The notes below the pieces were generated by a model. The model saw nothing but the letters and a program-made list of their open reading frames with translations, did not search any database and was not told where the DNA came from. The position numbers and the translations under genes are program-made. A stretch of DNA of 62,505 nucleotides, filler included, from an uncultured Myxococcia bacterium (GTDB lineage Bacteria > CAZTWC01), in assembly GCA_964617105.1 (NCBI GenBank). It is 19 parts of 19 records of this genome, joined end to end, with 100 filler letters (N's around TTAATTAATTAA, not from the genome) between each part and the next. Parts side by side here need not be neighbours in the genome. Positions count along the whole stretch, not along the records: positions 16,924 to 20,188 come from CAZTWC010000369.1; positions 20,289 to 23,548 come from CAZTWC010000370.1; positions 23,649 to 26,902 come from CAZTWC010000371.1; positions 27,003 to 30,234 come from CAZTWC010000372.1; 15 more parts are not named here. One strand, written 5' to 3'. This document shows, in pieces, positions 17,650 to 27,771 of the stretch (position 1 is its first letter; each line of letters begins with the position of its first letter).

Positions 17650-19608
17650 TTATCGTTTAAGGTTGACTACTTCAGCCAAAAACTGGTCCGAGGTGGTTAT
17701 AATCCGACCGGCAGACTGAAAAGCGCGCTGGGCCTGGATCAAGGTGATAAATTCAGAGGCCAGGTCTACGTTGCTCTGCTCAATGGCGTTGGCCGATATA
17801 CTGCCACGGCCGCCCGAACCGGCTTTTCCGATAATAGCATTACCAGAGTTCTGGGTCGGGATGTAGAGGTTGGAACCGAATTTTTTTATACCCGTCTGGT
17901 TCTGAAAGTTGGCAATGGCTACCTGGCCCAGGGTTCTGTTTTCACCGTTGGAGAAACCGCCGGTAAGAATACCGTTGGTGTCCACCGACAGGTTCTGCAG
18001 AGAACCGGTGGAGAAACCGTTCTGCTTCTGCAAGGTCAGTGAGGAGGAGGCTGAAAAGCAGGTCATACCGCTGAGCAGAGCGTCTTCTGCCCCTTCAACA
18101 AATACCCGGCCGTTGGCTGAGGCTTCCCGCAATTGGAATGGGGAGGCTGAAACCTTGAGACCCTTGGAAGAAGGGGTGGTCGGACTGGCAGTATCGCTTC
18201 CCGAAAAATTGAAACTGACAGTGGTGGCGCTGGAATCGTTTTTCCAGTTTACCTGGCCGTTGTAGTTGGCGCCGCTTTTGGACTCGGTGCCGATTAACGC
18301 GCCATTGGTGTCATAGTAACTGGTGCCGCCGGCAATATGGGACCAGGCGTTTCCACTATTGAGAGGAGCGGGGCTTCCCGATTTAAGATCCTCTGACTTG
18401 GCCATAATGTGCCAGTTGTAGAAGTGGGTGCTGCCAGTGGGCGGGGCAGCGGAAGGGTTATCTACCAGCCTTTCAGCCTGAGCTACTTTGACAAAGGCAA
18501 TTTTCAATTGGTGTTTGACTCCTTGCTGGTCAAAAACTTCCATGGTTTTGGTAAAGTGAGGAGTTGTACCGCCTTCTACCTGGGCGGCAGTCAGGGTGGC
18601 AGTTGCCTGGTCGATCCGCAGGTTGGCTCCGATCTCCACTTTGGTGGAGGCCTGGCCGGTTTGGTTCAATTTTGCTGCTCCCATGAAATTCAGGTCTATT
18701 TGTTGCCCTTCCGCTCCTTTAAAGGTTGCCCACCCGCTTTTTTGGGGATCATTGACTTTATCCACTTTTACCAGGGCGCCACTGGCGTTGAAATCCAGGG
18801 TGCCGCCGCCTATCTGGATATAATTTGCCCCAACGTTGTTAGGAACCGGGTGGTCCAGTTCACTGGTCCTGGCCAGCACATGATAGTTCCAGGATACGTT
18901 GGCATCCGGCGAGGCGGTGGCACTGCCTTGCCTATCGTCGGTTACGTTTTTTAATTTGACAAAGTGCACTTCCAACTGGTGGTTGCCTCCCCGGGAGTCG
19001 TAAACCGAAATGGTGGTGGCAAAGTTACTTTTTTGTCCCGGCTCGGTTTCCATATCGCTGGCATTGGGGATGGCGATCGGCGAAGTGGTGCGGGCATCCA
19101 GATTAGCCACTATCTCTACCAGGTTGGTTTCATTAGGTCGCAGAGTGGAGGCAGTAACATTGATATCATCAACGCTGGAGGTAAGGTTGCCGTTTGAGTC
19201 GGTGGTGTATCCCTGCACTCTCAGGTTGAGAGGGTTGACCAGGTACCCGTCGCTGGAGATGTTAAACTGTCCCGCTCTGGTATAAAACCGTCCCTCGGTG
19301 CCGTTTAAATCTCCCTGGACAACGAAGAAACCGTTGCCTGAGATGGCCATATCAGTGGCTTTACCAGTGCTCTGCAAAGAGCCGTTGGAAAAGATCTGCT
19401 CGATATTCTGCACTTTGGCTCCCCGGCCCACTTGAGCGGGACCGGTACCGCCATTTACCATGTCGCTGAGCATATCTTGAAAATTTACCCGGGCCGATTT
19501 GAATCCCGCGGTGTTTACGTTAGATATATTGTCACCCACAACTTGCAAGGTCTGAGAATTGGCATTGACTCCAGCAACTCCTGTGTATAAAGAACTCATT
19601 AATCCCAT
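17650..19608 (-). CDS. flgE: Flagellar hook protein FlgE with duplicated FlaE (D2) domain
   Basis: SLYTGVAG...VGDNISNVNTAGFKS, TDMAISGNGFF, YTRAGQF, EQSNVDLASEF...QRAFQ. Confidence 0.96.
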   Translation of the reverse strand: MGLMSSLYTGVAGVNANSQTLQVVGDNISNVNTAGFKSARVNFQDMLSDMVNGGTGPAQVGRGAKVQNIEQIFSNGSLQSTGKATDMAISGNGFFVVQGDLNGTEGRFYTRAGQFNISSDGYLVNPLNLRVQGYTTDSNGNLTSSVDDINVTASTLRPNETNLVEIVANLDARTTSPIAIPNASDMETEPGQKSNFATTISVYDSRGGNHQLEVHFVKLKNVTDDRQGSATASPDANVSWNYHVLARTSELDHPVPNNVGANYIQIGGGTLDFNASGALVKVDKVNDPQKSGWATFKGAEGQQIDLNFMGAAKLNQTGQASTKVEIGANLRIDQATATLTAAQVEGGTTPHFTKTMEVFDQQGVKHQLKIAFVKVAQAERLVDNPSAAPPTGSTHFYNWHIMAKSEDLKSGSPAPLNSGNAWSHIAGGTSYYDTNGALIGTESKSGANYNGQVNWKNDSSATTVSFNFSGSDTASPTTPSSKGLKVSASPFQLREASANGRVFVEGAEDALLSGMTCFSASSSLTLQKQNGFSTGSLQNLSVDTNGILTGGFSNGENRTLGQVAIANFQNQTGIKKFGSNLYIPTQNSGNAIIGKAGSGGRGSISANAIEQSNVDLASEFITLIQAQRAFQSAGRIITTSDQFLAEVVNLKR

Positions 19609-19663
19609 GATTTTCTCCCTGATATCTTAAATTTATTTTTTTCCTGTTTAATCCAGACTCTCT

Positions 19664-19966
19664 TTAGATCACCACGCTACTGTCAATATTGGTGAAGATA
19701 TTGTCCTGTAACTGCTCGAGGTTAACAACAGTGATGATGGTTCGGTTGAGGGCGCTGGCCAAAAGAGCCGCTTTGCCGGTTATCAGCAGCAGGGCTTTCA
19801 TCCCCTGGCTGGCAGCCAAATCTATATAGGTACTGATTTTTTCCATCTCTTTGGGGCTGATGGCGATTTTTCTGGATTTGATCCGCCGCTCAGCGTGTTT
19901 GGAAAAGGTTATGGCTTCTGCATGGTTTATTTTGCTGTTTTTGTTATTGGCGTTAGTTGCGGTCAT
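19664..19966 (-). CDS. Flagellar operon protein (TIGR02530-like)
   Basis: FSKHAERRIKSRKI...NRTIITV...NIFTNIDSSVVI; lies directly upstream of flgE. Confidence 0.85.
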   Translation of the reverse strand: MTATNANNKNSKINHAEAITFSKHAERRIKSRKIAISPKEMEKISTYIDLAASQGMKALLLITGKAALLASALNRTIITVVNLEQLQDNIFTNIDSSVVI

Positions 19967-20288
19967 TGGTTTGTCCTATATCTATAATTTTATATATTAT
20001 TGTTTTCTGTTTATCTTCTGGTGTTATCGGTGTTTACTTTCAGGCTCGGTTTTGTTCTCAGGGCCCGGGGGTTGTCCCCCGGAATCCCTCAAGAACTGCT
20101 GTAACAGATGATAGCCCTGTGGATTACCTTCCCTGGATTTGCCCGATCTTCCCTGATCGCCCGTTTGGCTCCGCTGGTAGTGGTTCTTNNNNNNNNNNNN
20201 NNNNNNNNNNNNNNNNNNNNNNNNNNNNNNNNTTAATTAATTAANNNNNNNNNNNNNNNNNNNNNNNNNNNNNNNNNNNNNNNNNNNN

Positions 20289-20958
20289 GCGACATCCCCC
20301 GCCAGGATTTGGTTGTTACTTTGTCCAGCCGGTTTTTATAACTGTTCATGCAAAAGGAACATCCTCCCAGACACCCTCTGGCGCTCTGAATCCTGACGCT
20401 GGTTCTTCTAGCTTCTTCTTGGGGAAGTTGAGCCAGGTAATCTCTTTTGGGGATGGCGGTCAAATCAAAGTCAATGGGTCTTTTCCCCCGGTTAAATGTT
20501 GCTTTATCCTGCTGGTCCCGGTAAACAATACCCGGGACTTGACTTAGTTCTATTTTGCCTTCCAGATAATGGGTCAACTGCAGAAGCGACTCCTCTCCTT
20601 CACCAATAACCACCGCATCGATAAATTGATGATTTTCCACCAGTTCAAAGGCGATTGCGCTGGCCAGCACACCACCTAACACCACAAAAGGTTTATCTTC
20701 GGCCTTATGCCATCTCTCCACCATCTCTAAAACCACATTGATATTAGGATAGGTCAATTGAAAACCCACCAAATCATAATGAAAATAGTTCTCAAACTCT
20801 TTGGCTTCTGGATCATCTGGTATATAATCGTAACGGAAAAATTCCATATCCGGTTCCATCTTTCTCAGATATTCCTCCAGGAGTACATAGGCCAGAGGAA
20901 CAAAACCGATATTTTTCATATCTTCTCTATGGCTGACATTGTAGAGCAGTGTTTTCAT
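20289..20958 (-). CDS. B12-binding radical SAM protein, 3'-partial
   Basis: Start MKTLLYN (RBS GAGG); VVLGG, IDAVVIGEGEES, SARGCLGGCSFC. Confidence 0.88.
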
Positions 20959-21024
20959 GATAATTCCTCTCTTAGAATTTCCCCTTGCACAACTTGGCAA
21001 CAATACCGCAACAATCTAATATTA

Positions 21025-22095
21025 CTAGACAAATCCTAGATGTTCCTGATCCGCTTCTAAATATTCCAATAGCAGCCGGTTTTTATTATCAGCCACACAG
21101 TGATGATTACATATTGCCGATGGATCAATTTTGTAAAACTTATCCTGGCCGTTAAACCAGAACTGTTTAAAACTCTGGGATTTAATTGAGCCTAACAGGC
21201 CGTCATCTATATTGTAGGCTTTATCCTGACAGGGATAGATATTTAGATCAGCTCCGATAATAGGTAGAATTTGCATATAGGGACACCAACGGTAATTTTT
21301 TGCAAAAGATTCCAGTTGAGTATGATAGGAATCAAAAATTTCAAATTGATCAGAATGAAAGTGGACCACAATCCGCTCAATCTCTTTTCTGGTTTGAACA
21401 AAAATAGGCTGGTGATACTGATTATTCTCATGACCGGAATTGGCTACAATACAGGGGGCGATTTTAACGCTGTCCACTCCGGTATCTCTAAGTTGCTCTA
21501 CTAACTGAAAAAGGTGAGAAAAATTTTTGTTGTCCACAATTATACAAACACCCAGATAGCATTTGCCGCCGATTTCTTTAAACTGGGTCATGTTTTCCAG
21601 CACCCGGCTGAACTCCCCCTCTTTGACACCCCGGTATTGGGAGTAACTCTGATCATCCCATCCGTCAATAGATACTCTTAACCAGGTACCATGAAGGGCA
21701 AACAGTTGAGCAGACTGACCATTTAATCTGGAACCATTGGTGAGGGCTGCAAATTTGATTCCGGTTTTGGATAGTTTTTCAACGGTTTCTTCTAAATATC
21801 GGTAATAAAATGGATCGCCGCCACCGCTAAAAGTAACCGCCTGAACTCCCATCTGATGGAGATCATCAATAATCTCAATCATCTTTTCCCTGGGGATATG
21901 GTCTCTAATCTGCATATCTTTGCCCAACTGGAGATTATCGGCCCGGTAAGCACAATACCAGCAGTTGTGACCGCAAGCATTGGTGGGTTTTATCCTGATA
22001 TGAATAGGTGGTTCGATTTCATCTGTTTTTTGGGGCAAAGAGTCAATTTTGTCTTTGAAATGAAATATTTTCAGGCTGGTATATAGATGACCCAT
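21025..22095 (-). CDS. Radical SAM protein with SPASM/Twitch domain
   Basis: CGHNCWYC; FSGGGDP; C-terminal CPY...IYPC...CNHHC. Confidence 0.9.
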   Translation of the reverse strand: MGHLYTSLKIFHFKDKIDSLPQKTDEIEPPIHIRIKPTNACGHNCWYCAYRADNLQLGKDMQIRDHIPREKMIEIIDDLHQMGVQAVTFSGGGDPFYYRYLEETVEKLSKTGIKFAALTNGSRLNGQSAQLFALHGTWLRVSIDGWDDQSYSQYRGVKEGEFSRVLENMTQFKEIGGKCYLGVCIIVDNKNFSHLFQLVEQLRDTGVDSVKIAPCIVANSGHENNQYHQPIFVQTRKEIERIVVHFHSDQFEIFDSYHTQLESFAKNYRWCPYMQILPIIGADLNIYPCQDKAYNIDDGLLGSIKSQSFKQFWFNGQDKFYKIDPSAICNHHCVADNKNRLLLEYLEADQEHLGFV

Positions 22096-22114
22096 ACAAA
22101 ATACCTTTCAACTG

Positions 22115-22777
22115 TTATTCAAAATAGATAAATTCGTAATCGCCGCTGTAGCCAAAATTATTGAACAGCCAAATCCATTCATTGGGCTGGTAGAAAGACT
22201 CACAGGTCAATGCCCAGCACTGCAGATTGAATAACTCCTGTTCATTCCTGAAGCCCTCAACGGTGATATATCCCTTTTTTCCTACCCTCTCTATCTCTTC
22301 TAGAGCAACTTTAAGATCGAATATGGGCAGATTGTGAAGAGTGGTAATTGAAATAACCAGATCAAACTGGTGATCCCCAAAAGGATAAGGAGACTCAGCC
22401 TGGTGGACAAATAGATGATTTTTAATCTCCTCTTTGGCGTTGGTAATAGAGTATTCAGAGATATCAAAACCAGTCACTTCAGCCTTTGGCAGTAGTTTTT
22501 TAAACTCATAGAGCAGAAAACCTTTGCCGCAGCCTACATCCAATATTTTGGCATCATCTTTAAGGTTATGCAGATCTATCAACTGTTGGGCCACTACTTC
22601 CCAACGGCCGTCATATTTGTACCCACCGTATCCATAACGCCGATTACCATCCCAAAATTTTTGTCCATACTCTTTGGCAATTTTCATACATTCCACTTTG
22701 CCATCTACCATACGGCCAATATATTCACGTTTGGCCCTGGTATGAAGAGGTGTGATAATATTTAGCAATCTACCCAT
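22115..22777 (-). CDS. Class I SAM-dependent methyltransferase
   Basis: ILDVGCGKGFL; N-terminal FWDGNRRYGYGGYKYDGRW. Confidence 0.9.
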   Translation of the reverse strand: MGRLLNIITPLHTRAKREYIGRMVDGKVECMKIAKEYGQKFWDGNRRYGYGGYKYDGRWEVVAQQLIDLHNLKDDAKILDVGCGKGFLLYEFKKLLPKAEVTGFDISEYSITNAKEEIKNHLFVHQAESPYPFGDHQFDLVISITTLHNLPIFDLKVALEEIERVGKKGYITVEGFRNEQELFNLQCWALTCESFYQPNEWIWLFNNFGYSGDYEFIYFE

Positions 22778-22788
22778 GATCTCTCCTA

Positions 22789-23548
22789 TTACGATAAATT
22801 GATAGCCTGCATCATTTTAATATTAAAATAGGTCTTGTCTTCCATGGAATTGGGCACTAAATCTTTGTCAAAGGCCTGTTGAAGATCCCTTACTGCATCT
22901 TCAATACTGTGGGACGGAACAAAGCCCAATTCCTGTTTGATTTTTTCTGATGATATATGATAAGAGCGGTTGTCATCTGTGGGAGTACAAACAACATCTA
23001 TTTTGTCTTCACCCAGCACCTTTTTAACCATGTTGGCGATCTCAATAACTTTAAAATTCTGATAACCGGCGTTATATATTTTGCCGCTGATTTGATGGTC
23101 ATGGTAAAGCAGACAGTTAAGATAGAGATTAGTCATGTCTTCAATATGAAAGTTTGGGCGTTTTTGCTGTCCGCCAAAAACCGTTATTACCCCTTTGTTA
23201 ATGGCATGGTTGGTTAAAATATTAACAGTAAGGTCAAGTCTGAGGCGAGGAGAATATCCACAAACGGTAGCAGGCCTGATAACCAATGGCACAAAACCGT
23301 CACCTTCCGCTTTCAGCAAAATATCTTCACAGAGAGCCTTGTATTTCGAGTAATCAGTTAAGGGTTCCAAAGGCAGATCTTCGCTAACATTTTCCTCCTC
23401 TTTGATACCATAAACACTGGATGAGGATGCATAGATAAACCTTTTAATCCCTGCATCTTTTGAAATTTTAACCATAGGTTCAAAGGGATCGAAATTAATC
23501 GATTTGCCCAACTTCGGATTGAGTTCATAACTGGGATCATTAGAAATA
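22789..23548 (-). CDS. NAD-dependent epimerase/dehydratase (extended SDR), 5'-partial
   Basis: ISNDPS, YASSSSVYG, catalytic YSKYK, RPATVCGYSPR. Confidence 0.92.
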
Positions 23549-23648
23549 NNNNNNNNNNNNNNNNNNNNNNNNNNNNNNNNNNNNNNNNNNNNTTAATTAA
23601 TTAANNNNNNNNNNNNNNNNNNNNNNNNNNNNNNNNNNNNNNNNNNNN

Positions 23649-23969
23649 TTAACCGAAAAATTTATCTACCAATCCGGAGAAAAAGATATGGTAGTGCTGT
23701 TTCACCGGTTAATCGCTAAATTTCCCCAATCCGGTAAACAGCAAAAGATTACTTCCAAATTGATCTGTTACGGCAGTATAGATACTCAAACCGCTGTAGC
23801 CAGAACAGTTGGATTACCGGTTGCTATTGCGGCGAGGTATATCCTGGAGGGGAAGATCAACTCTTGTGGAGTAATGATTCCGGTAGAAGCCAAAATTTAC
23901 AATCCTATCCTGGATGAGTTGGCTCGTTTGGATATCAACTGCCAGGAGGAGTGGGGGCCTGTGGAGTGA
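23649..23969 (+). CDS. Saccharopine dehydrogenase C-terminus, 5'-partial
   Basis: GEKDMVVLFH...TAVARTVGLPVAIAA...IYNPILDEL. Confidence 0.85.
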   Translation, partial: LTEKFIYQSGEKDMVVLFHRLIAKFPQSGKQQKITSKLICYGSIDTQTAVARTVGLPVAIAARYILEGKINSCGVMIPVEAKIYNPILDELARLDINCQEEWGPVE

Positions 23970-24490
23970 AAAACACAGCTCTTTTATTAGTATTGACTTT
24001 CGTCCTAACTTATGGTGGCAGTTTTCCGGAAGCCAAAGCCGGCAATAATCATATAGCCTTTGATTTATTACCCGAATTTGGTTTTTACAATGCCCAGGGC
24101 AACAATTACACTTTGTTTTTTGAAGGTGGATATAAAGGGATTAAATTATTTTGGGGATTGGGACTGGCTGACAAAGCATTCTTGGTGCGTCCAGGGTTCG
24201 GTTACCAATACCTGTATCAGTTGAACAGCACCTATCCTGTAACTCTGGGGATGGAGTTAAATTTATCTCCTTTGTTTGGGGTTCAGGAAGGATACTGGTT
24301 AATGCAGATATGCGCCAGGCCGGCTTTTAAACTATATTACCGGCTTAGCCAGCATCACTGGTTGTCGTGGCAACCTTTGGGCCTAAGTTGGGGTATCTTT
24401 TCCTACTTGAGCCGGGAGGAAGATAACGGTTCCTCCTGGAAACAGGTCTTTCGCTTTCAAACTGGAGTAGGGTGGAGATATAAGTTTTAA
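23966..24490 (+). CDS. Hypothetical exported, probable small outer-membrane beta-barrel protein
   Basis: GTGA overlap with the upstream stop; signal peptide; aromatic-rich strands; terminal GVGWRYKF. Confidence 0.6.
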   Translation: MKNTALLLVLTFVLTYGGSFPEAKAGNNHIAFDLLPEFGFYNAQGNNYTLFFEGGYKGIKLFWGLGLADKAFLVRPGFGYQYLYQLNSTYPVTLGMELNLSPLFGVQEGYWLMQICARPAFKLYYRLSQHHWLSWQPLGLSWGIFSYLSREEDNGSSWKQVFRFQTGVGWRYKF

Positions 24491-24517
24491 AAGAAATCCC
24501 GGGATTTTAATCCCGGG
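24489..24517. repeat. REP-like hairpin, partly repeated at 17167-17188
   Basis: CCCGGGATT-TT-AATCCCGGG; the reverse complement of 24489-24510 matches 17167-17188 at 21 of 22 nt. Confidence 0.65.
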
Positions 24518-24541
24518 CTGACATTGATTAAGAGTGACAAT

Positions 24542-25057
24542 ATGAGTGAAGAAGAACAGAAAGAAAACCAGGAAAAACCAGAGAAAACTTCGGAACAGGT
24601 AAAGGATGAAAAAAAGACCTTTTTATCCTTTTATCTTGGAGAGCAAGAATATGCGGTAGATGCCCACAAAGTGGATACTATCAATGAACCTTTGGAGGTG
24701 ACGCCGGTACCCGCGGCCCCCTCTTACGTGGAAGGTATTGCCAATTTAAAGGGGACTATAGTGGCTCTGATAGATCTTTGCCATTTACTTAATCAGGAAA
24801 ATGTCGACCAGGAAAACTCAAGGCTGATAGTATTGACTTATAAAGGAGTTACTGTTGGTTTTAAGGTGGGTAGCATTAAGGGAATAGAAAAGATTTCCAC
24901 CCAAACTATGGAACCGCCGCCAGTTACCTCGGAGAATGCCAGGGCCAATTACCTAACTGGGATAATCAAACAGGATAAACGGATTATTTCCATCCTGGAT
25001 TTGGATAGTCTTATTTTCAAAAAGAGAGTTGGGGTAGATGCTGAAAACTCCGAATAA
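24542..25057 (+). CDS. cheW: Chemotaxis coupling protein CheW
   Basis: FLSFYLGEQEYAV, TPVPAAPSYVEGIANLKGTIVALIDL, GFKVGSI. Confidence 0.9.
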   Translation: MSEEEQKENQEKPEKTSEQVKDEKKTFLSFYLGEQEYAVDAHKVDTINEPLEVTPVPAAPSYVEGIANLKGTIVALIDLCHLLNQENVDQENSRLIVLTYKGVTVGFKVGSIKGIEKISTQTMEPPPVTSENARANYLTGIIKQDKRIISILDLDSLIFKKRVGVDAENSE

Positions 25058-25466
25058 AGGCTTAACAAAACTGTTGGTAACCTCATTTGGCCGCCATTTA
25101 TTAGGTTTTAATACCAGTTTGGTACTGCGGGTGGAAGAAAAAGGGGACGAGTCTGGTGCAATAAAAAATATGCCGCCAGAGAGTTGCCTGAAGTTAGAGG
25201 AGATATTATCGATCTCCATCGCTGACCAGAAAGATAACTTCAGCAGCCGGTATCTTTTGCTGGCCGGACATGATAACGATTATTATTTGGAAGTCTTTGG
25301 GAAGATAGATCTCCACACCGTTTCCAGCCAGGAGATTATGCCTTTACCTCAATTGATCGAAATGGTCTGCCCAAAGGACCTGTTTAGTGCAGTGGTTTTA
25401 TTTGACAATAACTTTGTTTTTATCGTGGACAATGAAAAGTTGACCAAGGTGCTTAAGAATGGATGA
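25038..25466 (+). CDS. Degenerate CheW-like protein
   Basis: Between cheW and cheA; CheW-sized with IMPLP...FSAVV...VFIVD. Confidence 0.55.
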   Translation: MLKTPNKGLTKLLVTSFGRHLLGFNTSLVLRVEEKGDESGAIKNMPPESCLKLEEILSISIADQKDNFSSRYLLLAGHDNDYYLEVFGKIDLHTVSSQEIMPLPQLIEMVCPKDLFSAVVLFDNNFVFIVDNEKLTKVLKNG

Positions 25467-26902
25467 TGAACAATATTACATAGAATTAGGCCGGCAGGAA
25501 CTGGAAGAGAATCTGGTCAAATTGGAAGAGGGGATGAAAGAATTGACCCTCTCAATTTACGAGCAACCGCTTCTGAAAATTAAAAATTACGCCCATACCA
25601 TGAAGGGTGTGAGCGGCATGCTGAAGTTTGATATCTATTTCCAGGTTTCATCAATGATAGAGAAGGTGTTCAAATCCTGGATTAATGGCCAATTGGCGCC
25701 AAATCAGGATACCATCGCTGCCCTGGATGATGGGGTTAAATTTCTAAGAGAGATTATTGTTAATCTTGAAGAGCCGGAAAAAATAGAGAATAAAAAGATT
25801 ACCGTAGTTTTAGATAAACTTACAGCGCAGAAGAGTAAATCAAAAGAGAAGCCAGACACGGGAGATGATAAACCATCCTCTCTATTTGTATATAAAGGAA
25901 AGACTTGCACGGTCTTTGCGGATGACCCTCAAGATGCTCCTACTCAGGATGTCAAATCTAAAGATTTATCCAAAGTTGATAATTCCCAAACCAATGGAGC
26001 CAGTAATTCAAAAGAGGTTGAAAAGGGCTCTGGCACTGATGATAGAACCGATGATGGTGAAGGTACCATCTGGGGATTTTTTAAGCCCTCTGAACCGAAA
26101 ATAGTTGAACAGGAGATAACCCCCCCTCCCAGGACCTCACTCTTAGACCAATATTGTGAGATTACCAGGGAGAGATTAAACAAATTAGTTAACAATCTAT
26201 TAGACCTGGAAGATGATTATGCCAACCAGGAGATTTTGAACGAAACTTTGGCCGAACTACACACCTTAAAAGGGGAATCAAAGATAATCGGCTGCAATGA
26301 GATCAATATTATCTCTCACAACCTGGAAGATGTGCTAAAAATATCGCAAAACACCGTTTACTTGAGGGAGGTAATCGGACTATCCTTATCTGCCCTGGAC
26401 TCCATTGGTTTACTGGTTGACAGCGCCCAGGAACAAAAAACCATAAACCTGAACCTGGAACAGATCGTTAAACAACTGGACGATACGGCCGCCCAGAAAC
26501 GGAAGGACAAACTTTTCTTTTCTCTTCAGAGTCAAGAGGAGGAGGTCGAGGGGAAAGATGAGAAAAAACTCTCCAAGAGGAGGCCGCTTAAAGCGGTTGC
26601 CAAAAAAAGGGATTACTGCCGGGTAGACCAGGATAAACTGGACGAGATAAATAACCTGGTAGAAGATTTAAATATAAAATCTGGCTCTTTTCTATATTGC
26701 CTCAATAAAATCAGGAAAATTGAAGAAAAAACCAAATACTCTCAAAAATTGTTAAAACAAGTGAACAAGCAGATAGGTCAATTTGATCATTTGCTAGACG
26801 CCATGGGTGGCTCCAAACAGCATTTGAACAAGGAAATGCAGGAGTTGGAAGAGCATATGAAATGGATCAACTCCGCTATCAGGGCAATTATCACTGAGAA
26901 TG
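25459..26902 (+). CDS. cheA: CheA-like kinase with two Hpt domains, 3'-partial
   Basis: AHTMKGVSGM and LHTLKGESKII; dimerisation entry RVDQDKLDEINNLVEDL. Confidence 0.85.
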
Positions 26903-27002
26903 NNNNNNNNNNNNNNNNNNNNNNNNNNNNNNNNNNNNNNNNNNNNTTAATTAATTAANNNNNNNNNNNNNNNNNNNNNNNNNNNNNNNNNNNNNNNNNN
27001 NN

Positions 27003-27761
27003 AAACCCTATGGTATGGTGTTGGTAACTGGCCCTACTGGAAGCGGCAAGACCACTACCCTCTATTCTGCTCTGGACGAATTGAACTCTCCTGAAGTAAA
27101 TATCTCTACTGCCGAAGATCCGGTTGAATTTACCCTGCCAGGGGTGAACCAGGTGCATGTTAATGAAGAGGTAGGGCTCAATTTCGCCGCCTCCTTGCGC
27201 TCTTTTTTACGCCAGGACCCCGATATAATTATGGTGGGCGAGATTCGCGATTTTGAAACAGCGGAGATCGCTATCAAGGCAGCACTAACTGGTCATTTAG
27301 TCTTATCAACTCTACACACCAACGACGCATCTTCTACTATTCACCGTTTACTAAATATGGGAGTAGAGCCATTTATGGTAGTGGCTAGCGTCAACGTGGT
27401 AGTAGCCCAGCGGCTGGCTAGACGAATTTGCCCCGATTGTAAGCATAAGACGGAAATACCAATCCAGTCCCTGATAGAACTGGGATTTGAAGAGCAAGAT
27501 GCTAAAAAATTGGAATACTATACGGGTTCAGGGTGCGCCAATTGCAGTGGCACTGGTTACAAAGGGCGCACAGGTTTGTATGAAGTGATGCCGATGACCG
27601 ATAATTTGAGAGACTCGGTTATGAACGGTGCCTCGGTAGGAGAATTAAAACAAGAGGCCATCCGGGAGGGAATGTTCACCATCCGTCAATCGGGATTAAA
27701 AAAAATTAAGCAGGGTTTTACCACCATCGATGAAGTGCTGAGGGTATCTGCAGCCGATTAG
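27003..27761 (+). CDS. pilB: Type IV pilus assembly ATPase PilB, 5'-partial
   Basis: [39 protein letters not shown]...CANC. Confidence 0.95.
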   Translation, partial: KPYGMVLVTGPTGSGKTTTLYSALDELNSPEVNISTAEDPVEFTLPGVNQVHVNEEVGLNFAASLRSFLRQDPDIIMVGEIRDFETAEIAIKAALTGHLVLSTLHTNDASSTIHRLLNMGVEPFMVVASVNVVVAQRLARRICPDCKHKTEIPIQSLIELGFEEQDAKKLEYYTGSGCANCSGTGYKGRTGLYEVMPMTDNLRDSVMNGASVGELKQEAIREGMFTIRQSGLKKIKQGFTTIDEVLRVSAAD

Positions 27762-27771
27762 AGAGATCGTA

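Noticed and set aside
17909-19285. Long antisense ORFs inside flgE (likewise inside clpB, cheB and the Cys-rich genes)
   Set aside because: Shadow frames of well-supported genes; no RBS or motifs.
19990-20188. Possible 3' end of flgD upstream of the flagellar operon gene
   Set aside because: An open minus-strand frame exists but has no recognisable FlgD motif.
16924-23548. One large flagellar-glycosylation / radical SAM locus spanning flgE and the sugar cluster
   Set aside because: A spacer at 20189-20288 separates the two contigs, so the adjacency carries no information.
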